A DNA stretch of 64,000 bases from Candidatus Woesearchaeota archaeon (GCA_047602745.1 JBLKOJ010000001.1:7585-71584), one strand, 5' to 3'. Positions 27,833-38,010 are shown, counted from the first letter of the stretch. Notes: a model not told the origin generated them from the letters alone. Made by a program: numbers and translations.

Positions 27833-29962
27833 TTATCTTACAGTCACACTTTTTGCTAAATTTCTAGGTCTATCAGGATTATTTCCTCTCTCACATGCAC
27901 ACTCAAATGCTAATAATTGAACATACAAAGTATATTGAATTTTACGTGAAATAACACTCTCATAAAAATAGTTTTTATCACTAAATAAAGGAGGAATGAA
28001 TATTTTTGCTCCTCTACTTCTACATTCCTCAATATAAGTTTCTTGAATATTTGAGAGTACAATTACAGGAGTTCCTTCTTCAACTAATGCTAAACTTCCG
28101 TGTTTTAATTCTCCTGCTACATATCCATTAGCATTGTTATAATTGACTTCTTTAAGTTTTAATGCTCCTTCTAAACTAAGGGGATAAAACTCTTTTTTTC
28201 CAATAAAAAAAATATTTTTTATATAAGAAATCTCTTGTACATCAAGAAGAATTTGATTATAATTTTGTGAAATATATTCTAATATTAGTAGTTCAAATTT
28301 TTTAAATTGATTGACCAAATGATTCATTAGTCGAGTTTGAAATTTTTTTATATCTTTTTCTCTAAATTCTTCGCTGTTTTCTCCAACATTTTTTTTTTTG
28401 ATTTTATTCCTACTTTCATTATTATTAGTAATATAATTATGAATTTCTTCTAAAATATATGAAATCAATAATTGATGCATAAATGCTTTTGTTGAAGCAA
28501 CTGCAACCTCTCTTCCACAATTTAAGTACAAAGATGTTAAAGCCATTCTATCAAGAGTTGAATATTGAGTATTAGTAATAGTTACTATTTCAAATTGGCC
28601 TTGTTTAATTTGATTATTAGTTTTTTTAGATTTAATTCCATTCAAACTCTCTTTTAAATCGCTAAGAGGATAAATAATATCAGCAGTTTCTCCTGATTGG
28701 GAAAATACTATAACAAGTGTTGATTTTTCTCTCTTATATTCTTGAAGTATTACTTCTTTATATGAATCAAATTCACTTGCAACACAACAATAAGACATAA
28801 TAGATTGTTCAAGTAAAGAGTAGTGTAATTCTAATCCTGCATAATATGAAGTTCCAGCTCCTATAATATATATTGAATCTGCTAAGAGTATTTTTTGATA
28901 TAATTCAATTGAAGAATTTATATGTTCTTGAGTTATAAGATTCATACAATTTGATTGTTCTAGTATTTCTTGAACCATTGAATAATGTAGTTTATCATTT
29001 GAAGATTTCAATATTTTATATGAAATTTTTTCTAGTAATTTACTTTTTTTAGAACTATGTCTTAAGAAATCAAATAAAATTGACTCACTATCTAAACTCT
29101 GTAAATTTTGAATATTTTGCAAAGTATTAACATTTTTATTCACTGGTGTACACTCAATGTATTTTGAGAACTCTTCTCCTTTAATATTTAGTTCTTCAAT
29201 AAATTGTAAATTTCGCTGAGTATAATATTGAAATTGTATTAATGAGAGAAAACTTTTATGAGTGCTGTTTTTATCAAAATTATTCTTTTCAATATTATTC
29301 AAACTTAGTATATATAATTCCTTATCTTCAATAATTTTATACTCATCTACAAACTCTTGAAGTAATAAATTATCTGAGCAAATATACATCTGTTCCTCTT
29401 TATAATTAATACCAAGTATAAGAGGATTTCCTCTTTTATACACCACAAGAAAATTATTATATACTATTGTACATGCAAAGTTTCCTTTAAGTTTTGAAAA
29501 TATATTTGAACATAATGTATGCAATTGAATATCTGAATTCTCTTCTAACTCCTGTTGAAATAATGCAACTATAACTTCAGTGTCAGTTTGAGAATTAAAA
29601 TTATATTCTTTTAAATATACATTTTTTAAGTTATCACTATTCTCAACAATTCCATTCATAACAATTTGAAATTTATTATCTTGAGATGAATGGGGATGAG
29701 CATTTTGAACACTTACTCCTCCGTGTGTTGCCCAACGGGTATGAGCTATTTGAATAGTACTTTTTTCATGTAAATTAATATGATTATCAGTAATAACTCC
29801 TACATCTTTGACTATTTTCAAATCATCTGTGTTCTCTACATTTGTTGTATTTACGCTTAAAACTCCAAATGAATCATATCCCCTATATTCAAGACCTCTA
29901 AGTTTTGAAGTTATTTCAAAACTTGAAATTTGTTTTCCTATTCTTGCGATAATTCCACACAT
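27833..29962 (-). CDS. glmS: Glutamine--fructose-6-phosphate aminotransferase (GlmS) with lineage-specific insertions
   Basis: N-terminal MCGI (Ntn Cys), two SIS domains and C-terminal ...AKSVTVR. The 709-aa length exceeds the usual ~600 aa because of low-complexity inserts. Confidence 0.85.
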   Translation of the reverse strand: MCGIIARIGKQISSFEITSKLRGLEYRGYDSFGVLSVNTTNVENTDDLKIVKDVGVITDNHINLHEKSTIQIAHTRWATHGGVSVQNAHPHSSQDNKFQIVMNGIVENSDNLKNVYLKEYNFNSQTDTEVIVALFQQELEENSDIQLHTLCSNIFSKLKGNFACTIVYNNFLVVYKRGNPLILGINYKEEQMYICSDNLLLQEFVDEYKIIEDKELYILSLNNIEKNNFDKNSTHKSFLSLIQFQYYTQRNLQFIEELNIKGEEFSKYIECTPVNKNVNTLQNIQNLQSLDSESILFDFLRHSSKKSKLLEKISYKILKSSNDKLHYSMVQEILEQSNCMNLITQEHINSSIELYQKILLADSIYIIGAGTSYYAGLELHYSLLEQSIMSYCCVASEFDSYKEVILQEYKREKSTLVIVFSQSGETADIIYPLSDLKESLNGIKSKKTNNQIKQGQFEIVTITNTQYSTLDRMALTSLYLNCGREVAVASTKAFMHQLLISYILEEIHNYITNNNESRNKIKKKNVGENSEEFREKDIKKFQTRLMNHLVNQFKKFELLILEYISQNYNQILLDVQEISYIKNIFFIGKKEFYPLSLEGALKLKEVNYNNANGYVAGELKHGSLALVEEGTPVIVLSNIQETYIEECRSRGAKIFIPPLFSDKNYFYESVISRKIQYTLYVQLLAFECACERGNNPDRPRNLAKSVTVR

Positions 29963-30071
29963 ATATACATTAAAACTCTTTTTTATTTAAATTCAATTAA
30001 AAAAATTATAAAAGTATTAAAAGAAAAATTATAATGGGTAATTTTATAAATATTATATTCATACATTATAT

Positions 30072-30986
30072 ATGAAAATAGTTAATAAAGGAAGTAGAGG
30101 TGAATATTTATCTTTACAAACACAACAATTAAAGTCTCAAAGTTTAGGAATTTTAAAAAATGAGATAGTGCAAAAAATATTACATTCAATTAGACATATT
30201 GAAAAGTATCCTAAACAAATTGCAAAAGAATTAAAAATTCATGAACAAAATATTTATTATTATATTAAAAAATTAGAAAAACATAACATTATCTCCCTTC
30301 AAAGAACTGAAGATATTAATGGCACAAATGCACAATTTTACAAATTACGCTCTGCTTCATTTTTTGTTCAATTTGATGAATTTGAAAAAGGAAGAGTAGA
30401 TAAGGAAAAAGTATCGTCTTATTTTGATAATTTTATTGTTGATGGGAAACTAAATGCTATAATTGTAGTAGGAAGTCCTGAACCACATGGACCTAATAAT
30501 GCAGTTGCAAAAGATGGGTATTTTGGAATGAGCTTTTGTTTATTTTTAGGAAGTTATCTCTCATCTCTAAATAATTTACAAGTAAAACTTGATACCCAGA
30601 TTACTGAGCAAGATTTAAAAGAGAATAATATTATTTCAATTGGAGGATTTATTGTAAACTCCATTACTGAAAAATTAAATAAAAAATCTCCAATAGTAAT
30701 GACTAAAGAGAAAACTGTCATTTCTTCTATTTCAAATAAAGTGTATAATGACACTAATATTGGCGTAGTTTCTAAATTTAAAAATCCATATAATAAGAGA
30801 AAAGAAGTACTCATAATATCAGGAATTGGAATTAAAGGAACTCAAACCGGAGTACTTTCATTTCTACATCATTTTGAACAAATAGAAAGAGGAAATACTA
30901 CAAATGACAAATTTAAATGTAATGTCTTTCAAGGAAAAGATTATTATTCAAGAGGAGAAATTAGTAAAATTGATGTATTGGAGTAA
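30072..30986 (+). CDS. Winged-helix transcriptional regulator (TrmB-like architecture)
   Basis: N-terminal wHTH (ILHSIRHIEKYPKQIAKELKIHEQNIYYYIKKLEKHNII) plus a ~200-aa C-terminal domain. Confidence 0.4.
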   Translation: MKIVNKGSRGEYLSLQTQQLKSQSLGILKNEIVQKILHSIRHIEKYPKQIAKELKIHEQNIYYYIKKLEKHNIISLQRTEDINGTNAQFYKLRSASFFVQFDEFEKGRVDKEKVSSYFDNFIVDGKLNAIIVVGSPEPHGPNNAVAKDGYFGMSFCLFLGSYLSSLNNLQVKLDTQITEQDLKENNIISIGGFIVNSITEKLNKKSPIVMTKEKTVISSISNKVYNDTNIGVVSKFKNPYNKRKEVLIISGIGIKGTQTGVLSFLHHFEQIERGNTTNDKFKCNVFQGKDYYSRGEISKIDVLE

Positions 30987-31068
30987 ATCTAATTCTCAAA
31001 AAAAATTTAAATGTAAAAATTAGGCTTATTAATTATTTAAAACTAATTTAAAAATAATATCTGCTCTA

Positions 31069-31314
31069 TTATCCATTATAGAGCACCTCTATTTCAGCAA
31101 TAATATTCATAATTTCTGTCCTTGTAAAAGAATCTATTTTAAATATTGAAGTAAATTGTTCCAAATCTTCTTGAATTTTAATTAATTCTTCATCAGTGAG
31201 ATAATCTTTTTTCATTATAGAAATTATTTTTTTTAACTCTTCTTTAGGTTTAAAACTTAAATCTTCAACTAGTGATTCTAATGTTTCAACAAAATATTCA
31301 ATTTCAGTATCCAT
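31069..31314 (-). CDS. Small acidic hypothetical protein (81 aa) in the L37ae-RpoP-Pcc1 operon
   Basis: Overlaps the Pcc1 gene end. Predicted helical and acidic. Confidence 0.35.
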   Translation of the reverse strand: MDTEIEYFVETLESLVEDLSFKPKEELKKIISIMKKDYLTDEELIKIQEDLEQFTSIFKIDSFTRTEIMNIIAEIEVLYNG

Positions 31315-31570
31315 TTTTATTTGTATATATTTGAATTACTTCTTGGGTTTTTCTTATAACTTCACAACTATCATTTATAGCTGTCGTTACAATTTTAAGT
31401 AATTGTGGTGTTTGAGCTTCAATTTCAACAAGAACTTGTGAGTTTACATTGTCAACTGAAATCTCAATACTAATTTGCTTATTCTTAAAATCATAATCTT
31501 CGCTTTTGAGTAGTTCGTATAATTCCTTTGAGTTTTTTGATTTATATCTTAATGTAGCACTACATTTCAT
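31304..31570 (-). CDS. pcc1: KEOPS complex subunit Pcc1-like protein
   Basis: About 88 aa. Pattern ...ATLRYKSKNSKELYELL...ISIEISVDNVNSQVLVEIEAQTPQLLKIVTTAINDS fits the Pcc1 fold. Sits in the conserved archaeal neighbourhood with L37ae and RpoP. Confidence 0.5.
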   Translation of the reverse strand: MKCSATLRYKSKNSKELYELLKSEDYDFKNKQISIEISVDNVNSQVLVEIEAQTPQLLKIVTTAINDSCEVIRKTQEVIQIYTNKNGY

Positions 31571-31707
31571 CTTGCTTTAACAATTTGAGAAACTTCTGGT
31601 TTCATTTTTTGAAAAATTTTTGAATCACAAAATGGACATCTTACTCTTCTCCCTCTAATATTTTCAGGAACTTCTTTTTTACAATTAAAACATTTATATA
31701 TTACCAT
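31567..31707 (-). CDS. rpoP: DNA-directed RNA polymerase subunit P (RpoP/Rpb12), 46 aa; absent from the supplied ORF track
   Basis: Translation MVIYKCFNCKKEVPENIRGRRVRCPFCDSKIFQKMKPEVSQIVKAR gives a CxxC...CxxC zinc ribbon typical of RpoP. Its stop overlaps the Pcc1 start (ATGA). Confidence 0.65.
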   Translation of the reverse strand: MVIYKCFNCKKEVPENIRGRRVRCPFCDSKIFQKMKPEVSQIVKAR

Positions 31708-31776
31708 TTTAGTTGAGATTATAATTTAATTATTAGTATTATTTACTAAAATATTTATCTTAAAAACTTATAACTT

Positions 31777-31992
31777 TTAATATGGTTTATATGCTTTTCC
31801 AACAAATACTTTTTCACAGGAACTACATTTCCAGATTCCGTATGCTATTCTTTTAACTTTTCCTTCTTTCCCACAATATGGGCACTTGTGTTTAGCTCTT
31901 GAAGTTGATTCAACGGTATTTACTTTTTTTCTCAGCATATTACCATATCTAACACCAAATCTTCCAGCTGAATTTGATACTTTTTTTGTCAT
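31777..31992 (-). CDS. rpl37ae: 50S ribosomal protein L37ae (eL43)
   Basis: CPYCGKEGKVKRIAYGIWKCSSCEKVFVGKAYKP zinc-ribbon signature. 71 aa. Confidence 0.85.
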   Translation of the reverse strand: MTKKVSNSAGRFGVRYGNMLRKKVNTVESTSRAKHKCPYCGKEGKVKRIAYGIWKCSSCEKVFVGKAYKPY

Positions 31993-32046
31993 TAATTATA
32001 TAAGAATTAAAAACACTTTATAAATATTGTGTGATATTCATTTCTC

Positions 32047-32698
32047 TTGATATTTATAAATGAATTTTTATTGAATATAAAAAATTCAATTATTTTAATT
32101 ACGAGTCAAGCAAAGATTTATAAAATGTTTACAATTTATTTAAATATGATTAATTTAAATAGTATAGCACCAAGTTTTAAAGCAATGGCTTTTGTAGACC
32201 ATAACTTTAAAGAGATTAGTTTTGAAGAATATAAAGGAAAATTTGTAGTTTTATTTTTTTATCCTGCTGATTTTACATTTGTTTGTCCAACAGAAATAGA
32301 GGATGTTGCAAATTATAAAGAAGAATTAGATACATTAGGGGTTGAAGTATTATTTATATCAACTGATACACATTTTGTACACGCTGCTTGGCATAGTTCT
32401 TCTCCAAGAATTTCAAAAATTACATCTCCTATGATTGCTGATCCAACACACACCATTTCAAAAGCATATGAAGTATTACGAGAAAATGAAGGAGTTGCTA
32501 ATAGAGCGACATTTATTATTGACCCTGAACAAAAAATTAAATCTATTGAAATTACTGATGAACCTATTGGAAGAGATGCTTAGAAAAATTAAAGCACTTA
32601 TTTATGCTAGAAATAATCCAGGTCAAGCATGCCCTGCTAAATGGGAAGAAGGAGAAGATAATTTAAAACCAGGATTAGATTTAGTAGGAAAATTATAG
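32047..32698 (+). pseudogene. AhpC/Prx1-type 2-Cys peroxiredoxin with a +1 frame disruption near 32570-32583
   Basis: Frame A (32047..32583) carries FVCPTE (peroxidatic Cys) and ...[22 protein letters not shown]. Frame B (to 32698) continues [35 protein letters not shown], which holds the resolving Cys motif (VCPANW). Confidence 0.6.
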
Positions 32699-33451
32699 TT
32701 TTTCTATATCTACTTCCTTCCAATTTTTAAAATATTTATATACTGAGATTCCAATTTCTTTTTCTATATCTTTAATATTTTTAAAATCTTCTGTATCATA
32801 ATTAATTGCACAACACTTAGTAATTCCTGCTCTTAAACCTGCTTCAATTCCTGTTTTAGCATCATCAAATAAAACTACTTCATCTGCTCTAAGCTGTAAT
32901 ATTTCTAGTCCTTTAATCCATGCATCAGAAGAAGGTTTTCTTTTTTCATATTCGTCTCTTCCAAACCCTTGAATATCTAAATGTGCTTTTTTTAAAATTC
33001 TTTGAACATGCTCACTTGTTCCACCTGAACAAATTATACATTTAAGTTCTAAATTTTTACATTTCTCATAAAACTCTCTAAATCCTCTAATTACTTCAAC
33101 TTCTTCCTCTTCTTCAATTTGAGTTCGAATACTTTTAGATTCTTCATATAATGTTGAAGGAGAGTATATTTGAGTTTTTATATCATTTTTTTCCAGTATA
33201 AGTTTAAATATTAACTCAGTTCCAAGCGATTTATAGGTTCTCTCCCATATTTCTTGAGTAAATTTAATATTAAAATTTTTTCTTAATACTTGTTGAATAC
33301 TTCTAAATCTTGATTGTTCTGAGTTTACGACTGTTCCATCAAAGTCTAGGAGAATTCCTTTAATTTTTGAATTACTGTTATTATTCTCATTGTTTTTTTC
33401 CTTGATGTTTAATTGTATTTTCATTTTTGGTATATTGTTATATTTATCCAA
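32693..33451 (-). CDS. HAD-superfamily hydrolase (beta-phosphoglucomutase/phosphatase-like)
   Basis: [11 protein letters not shown] (DxDGT motif I) and a later K..FDD region. 252 aa. Confidence 0.7.
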   Translation of the reverse strand: MDKYNNIPKMKIQLNIKEKNNENNNSNSKIKGILLDFDGTVVNSEQSRFRSIQQVLRKNFNIKFTQEIWERTYKSLGTELIFKLILEKNDIKTQIYSPSTLYEESKSIRTQIEEEEEVEVIRGFREFYEKCKNLELKCIICSGGTSEHVQRILKKAHLDIQGFGRDEYEKRKPSSDAWIKGLEILQLRADEVVLFDDAKTGIEAGLRAGITKCCAINYDTEDFKNIKDIEKEIGISVYKYFKNWKEVDIEKL

Positions 33452-33489
33452 TCTTATATTTAATTTTTAGTCGATTATGTTAGAGAGTG

Positions 33490-33999
33490 TTAAATTTTCA
33501 AGGAATTACGTTTTTTTTGAATTTTATTATATAATATTTGAGCCACTTCTTCAACCTCAAAATCCCCCGAATTTTCAAATACAATGAATTGTTTTTCTTC
33601 AAATCCTTCTTCTTCTGCTTCATAAAAACAGACATTCAAACTCTCAACTTCTAAATTTTCTTTAATCTTCTGTTCGTTATACCCTCTTTGTTTATATTCT
33701 TTTGTAAGTTCTTGTAATTCTCTATTTATAATAATTACAATATCAATAAATTTAGGATGAAGAAGATGAGCAAAATGTCCTTCAAAGATACTGTTTTGTG
33801 TTTGAGAAAATTTTTCTTCAATATATTCAATACATTCTTTAAGATCAAAACCAAATGTTTGAAGATCTTCAATATCTTCAAGCTTAAAATCTTGCGCAAT
33901 TTCATTTAAATGAACTATTTCAAATTGTAATTTATGAGCCAGAAATTTAGCTATTGAAGTTTTTCCAACCCCTACTGAACCTGAAATTGCAATTCTCAT
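33490..33999 (-). CDS. P-loop nucleoside/nucleotide kinase (adenylate kinase/Fap7-like)
   Basis: MRIAISGSVGVGKTS Walker A at the N-terminus. 169 aa. Confidence 0.5.
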   Translation of the reverse strand: MRIAISGSVGVGKTSIAKFLAHKLQFEIVHLNEIAQDFKLEDIEDLQTFGFDLKECIEYIEEKFSQTQNSIFEGHFAHLLHPKFIDIVIIINRELQELTKEYKQRGYNEQKIKENLEVESLNVCFYEAEEEGFEEKQFIVFENSGDFEVEEVAQILYNKIQKKRNSLKI

Positions 34000-34092
34000 A
34001 CTATGTTTTATAGAAAATATTTTATAAAAATATGTTTTTATACGTTAATGAAGTCTATAATTACTACATTTTAATTAAAATATAGTTCAAAA

Positions 34093-35562
34093 TTATCTTC
34101 TATCTTGAGTGTTTGAAACAATTCCACATTCTCTATAAAAATCTCCTTGAGGCATAATTTCAACATACTGCTCAAAATTAAAATTACTAACAATAGGTGA
34201 ATTTGAAACTTCAAAGGTTAATAGTTCGGTAAATAACTGTTGAATTTTCTCTTGAGAAGTTTGTTTTCGTAATTGGTCCATCTCTTCTTCTTGTCTTGAT
34301 TCAAATCTATTAAATGTATGAACATTTTGTAGGGCTTCTAATGTTTCTTCACTTTGCTTAGTCAATTCAACATCATTTATATTTGAATATGAATTTATGA
34401 AACTCATCGCACTTTCAATTGAAGGGTTATCTATAATATTTTCCATTTCTTGAAACTGTGCTTGTTGTCTACTTGTTGGTTCAATTTCTAATCCAGGATA
34501 ATAAAAAACTGCTCTCATTTCTTCAAGTATACTTTGAATCTCTCTTTGATCCATATGATCAAAAACCATATTTGAGACTCCGTATATTGAATAAAATAAT
34601 ATTGAACAACCCGCTATAGTTCCAACTACTGAAGCAGTTCCTAAAACACATGCTCCAGCCCCTTTTGCAAGAGAAAACACACCTCTTCCTGCTGCATAAA
34701 TTCCTCTTCTAACAGTCCTACTTACAACTGCTGCAGCTCCAACTCCAGCAGCTACATTTAAGGCACTTGGCTGAATTGCTTGGTATCTATATACTACATA
34801 ATTTTTCTCAGTTACTCTAAACTCACGAGTATACAAGGAGTTGAAATAATCAAAAATAGGAGTAATTTCATTTTTAATTTGGGTATCTAGAGAAGAGGAG
34901 TATATTCTATTTTCTAATTCTAGTCTCTGATTTTCTCCACCCCTTACATCTACATAAAATAAATTGGATAATTCTCTTGCATTTTCTCTTTCATCATTTC
35001 TTTCTCTAGGAATTTCATCTTCCATAAATGAACCTAGATTTTTATATCTAAATGACTCTCTATTACTTGAATCTACATTTTCAAATTCAATTTCTGCACA
35101 TACAAAACAATATGAACCTTCTCTTTGCGAGTAATCTAAAAATCGTAATTCTCCTGAACCATATCTTCTATTACATCTTAATGCAGCATCAGACAATCTA
35201 GAAAATACATATTCTTCGTCAGTATGTTCAAATATCAAAAATTCAGTCCTACAATATTGTGGAAGTCGTCCAAAGAATGTTTGTTCAGCTACTGCTAATT
35301 GTTCAATCGTTGTTCCTGAGCGTGCTATAACTGAAGCAGAAGCTTCTAGATATATTCGACACGCAGCATCTTGAGAAGCAGTCACTAATTGTTCTCCTGT
35401 AGAACCTATTACATTTATCATAAGGACCAAGATTAAAATTGATATTAAAAATGAAGCTAATACGACTAAAGACATCGTTTGAGATTTTTTATTTTGTTGA
35501 TGAATTTTATCTATATGAGAACTTGTTTTATGAATTTGTATATTTTTAATTAGTTTTATCAT
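34093..35562 (-). CDS. Membrane-anchored hypothetical protein (489 aa) with a Gly/Ala-rich glycine-zipper-like hydrophobic region
   Basis: N-terminal TM (VVLASFLISILILVLMINVIG). Central ALNVAAGVGAAAVVS...GIYAAGRGVFSLAKGAGACVLGTASVVGTIAGCSILFY segment. Tightly coupled (6-nt gap) to the upstream 813-aa gene. Confidence 0.5.
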   Translation of the reverse strand: MIKLIKNIQIHKTSSHIDKIHQQNKKSQTMSLVVLASFLISILILVLMINVIGSTGEQLVTASQDAACRIYLEASASVIARSGTTIEQLAVAEQTFFGRLPQYCRTEFLIFEHTDEEYVFSRLSDAALRCNRRYGSGELRFLDYSQREGSYCFVCAEIEFENVDSSNRESFRYKNLGSFMEDEIPRERNDERENARELSNLFYVDVRGGENQRLELENRIYSSSLDTQIKNEITPIFDYFNSLYTREFRVTEKNYVVYRYQAIQPSALNVAAGVGAAAVVSRTVRRGIYAAGRGVFSLAKGAGACVLGTASVVGTIAGCSILFYSIYGVSNMVFDHMDQREIQSILEEMRAVFYYPGLEIEPTSRQQAQFQEMENIIDNPSIESAMSFINSYSNINDVELTKQSEETLEALQNVHTFNRFESRQEEEMDQLRKQTSQEKIQQLFTELLTFEVSNSPIVSNFNFEQYVEIMPQGDFYRECGIVSNTQDRR

Positions 35563-35568
35563 TGTTTA

Positions 35569-38010
35569 TTACCTCACATGTTCATCAATATTTGAATTTT
35601 CTAACAATATATCAAACTCATCATAAGAGAGTTCGATTGGAATTGTCTCTATTTGAATATTTCCTTGAGTATCCATTTTAGGAAAAATAAATTCTTTTCT
35701 AAGACTTAAGTCATTCTCATCTATTTCTCTTTCTATGTATTGTGTATTTATAGTAAGCAATGCAGGGGAATAAATAGTATTTCCATTTTCTAATTCTTTT
35801 TTTTCAAAAATAAGTCTATTTGTAGTTTTAGTTCTCAAATAAAATATAGTTTGATAATTTCCACTTATCTCACTTTGATGTGGAACTAATACAACATCAA
35901 AATTTTTAATTTCTTCTCTTACTTTTGAAGTTCTTAACTCTTGTGAATCATATATTGAGTATAGTAATTGTTCAAAAAAGAGTTCATATTCTATATTAAT
36001 ATTTTCATTTGGAAAATTAAAATTGACAACGTTTCTAGATCTACTTGGGTTTAATATATCATATGAAATTGCTGTATTAAGATCTACGATACTAAACTCT
36101 AAATGAGTTAATTTAATATCTGAATTTGGATATATTTCACCATTAATTCTCTCTATTTGAGGGGTCATAAACATTGTATTTAAAATGTAGTCTTGTGAAT
36201 TAATTTCAATTTGAGGATTAAATTTTCCAGGATTATTAAACTCATCAATTAAAGTAAAATATGAAAAAAATGAAGGTTGTAAAACATTACTTGTTCTTCT
36301 ATTACTTGCTAACACTTTAGGTGTAAGATATACTTCAAAGTTTGGGTGTAATATATTATCAAATAAATACTGATGAATTTCTAATTCTATTAAATTTAAA
36401 TGTTCACATCTTCTATTTCTAAAAATAATATAAGGGCAATTTGCTTGAACTTTGTTTAGTTCATTAAAAGGGAGAATTCTATCTCCAAGTCTAAATTCTA
36501 AACTCCCAAGACTATTTCGATGAAGTAAAAAATCATGCTCATCTTTAACTACATAAAACCCTCTATGTTGGGTGTCCTGAGTATGAATATAAAAAGCTAA
36601 TTGTTGTCGTCTTTGCTGCTGAGAATTTTGAGTGTTAAATTCAATAATATAATTACATAGAGAATTCTCATCAATAGTAATTTGATCTCTAGAAATACTA
36701 CACTCCTGAGTAGGCGGTAAATTTGGTCGCTCATAGAAAAAGTTTTCTTCTGTATTTGCATTTACGTATTGAACTATCGTTTCATCAGGAACTCTTTGAA
36801 AAAAATCAAAAAAATTAAACTGGTTATTTGTAATAAATCTATCCTCTTCTTCTAAGTCTTTAATTTCAATCTCTAAAGATGCTTTTTCAGGAGGAAACAT
36901 ATTTGAAAAAAATTCACCACAAAATGAGATAAATGATTCTTTAATTTCTTCTCTTCTCTCATTTAATCCTAAAGAAAATATATATGAAGTTTGAGAATCT
37001 TGTCTAAGTTCTTGGCAAAAATTTCTCTCACCTAAATATTCACTTCCACATTGATACCCCGAATTCCAATAAATATTACTTCTAATTCTCATATCTTCTC
37101 TAGAATCACCTTCAAATTCAACAAATGCAGTACACATTATTCCTTTTGTATTAAGAGGAGAGTTGGGATTATCTGGACTTAATTGATCAGTAAAAGATGC
37201 AATATTACATGTATTTAATATACTCAATTCATCAGCATTTGTAATTAATGGACCAAAATAATTTCCTTGATATGATACAAATCCAAAAGAGTATAAATTT
37301 CTATCCCATGTATTTGTTGGAACATCCCTTCCTAATCTCTCGTTTATACTATTTAATAAATTCTCATGAAACCTACTTCCTGGTTTTAATACAAAATCAT
37401 TTCCTTCTCTTACTAAATATGAAATATGATATCCTGATTTAGAATCTCCAAAAAATACATTTGAAGATCTTATGAGTAATGAGGATTCGTATATCCCACT
37501 TGGAATTAAAAAAATAATATTTACATCATCATCTTGCGAAATCGAATTATCTATAGTAAAAGAACGCATATCTATAGAATTCGCAAATAAACGATTATTA
37601 AACGAATTAAAATCTGAATCTAACTCTCTTGCAACTAATCTTTGATAATCTTCATACGTTATTAATCCTGCATATTCTGAAGTGATTACTATTACATAAG
37701 AATCCCTATTTGATTCCATGATTTGAGGATTTGCTAAATAAGATAACTTTAATTCTTCCATGCATTGTATACTTGAACTCTCAACTCGTTCATCCATATA
37801 ATCAACAAAATCCACAATACTATAAACAACATCCATTGCAACATCTCGATTATAATCTTCAACTTGAAATATATTATAAATTGGTAAAATAACTAAAAGT
37901 AAAAATGCAATACCAATGAGCATTTGAAGAAGAATAAAATTTGGAATGTCTGTTACTTGAGACTTTTTATATTTGCAATAAGTATCAAAATATTCTTTAA
38001 AAGATAACAT
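35569..38010 (-). CDS. Large membrane-anchored Cys-rich hypothetical protein (813 aa), likely surface-exposed
   Basis: Single N-terminal TM (FILLQMLIGIAFLLLVILPIY). Large N/S/Y/C-containing ectodomain. No catalytic motifs recognised. Confidence 0.5.
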   Translation of the reverse strand: MLSFKEYFDTYCKYKKSQVTDIPNFILLQMLIGIAFLLLVILPIYNIFQVEDYNRDVAMDVVYSIVDFVDYMDERVESSSIQCMEELKLSYLANPQIMESNRDSYVIVITSEYAGLITYEDYQRLVARELDSDFNSFNNRLFANSIDMRSFTIDNSISQDDDVNIIFLIPSGIYESSLLIRSSNVFFGDSKSGYHISYLVREGNDFVLKPGSRFHENLLNSINERLGRDVPTNTWDRNLYSFGFVSYQGNYFGPLITNADELSILNTCNIASFTDQLSPDNPNSPLNTKGIMCTAFVEFEGDSREDMRIRSNIYWNSGYQCGSEYLGERNFCQELRQDSQTSYIFSLGLNERREEIKESFISFCGEFFSNMFPPEKASLEIEIKDLEEEDRFITNNQFNFFDFFQRVPDETIVQYVNANTEENFFYERPNLPPTQECSISRDQITIDENSLCNYIIEFNTQNSQQQRRQQLAFYIHTQDTQHRGFYVVKDEHDFLLHRNSLGSLEFRLGDRILPFNELNKVQANCPYIIFRNRRCEHLNLIELEIHQYLFDNILHPNFEVYLTPKVLASNRRTSNVLQPSFFSYFTLIDEFNNPGKFNPQIEINSQDYILNTMFMTPQIERINGEIYPNSDIKLTHLEFSIVDLNTAISYDILNPSRSRNVVNFNFPNENINIEYELFFEQLLYSIYDSQELRTSKVREEIKNFDVVLVPHQSEISGNYQTIFYLRTKTTNRLIFEKKELENGNTIYSPALLTINTQYIEREIDENDLSLRKEFIFPKMDTQGNIQIETIPIELSYDEFDILLENSNIDEHVR

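Noticed and set aside
32435-32698. An independent 87-aa gene, as in the ORF track
   Set aside because: Its only recognisable content is the C-terminal resolving-Cys region of the adjacent peroxiredoxin, in the +1 frame. It is the continuation of a frameshifted gene.
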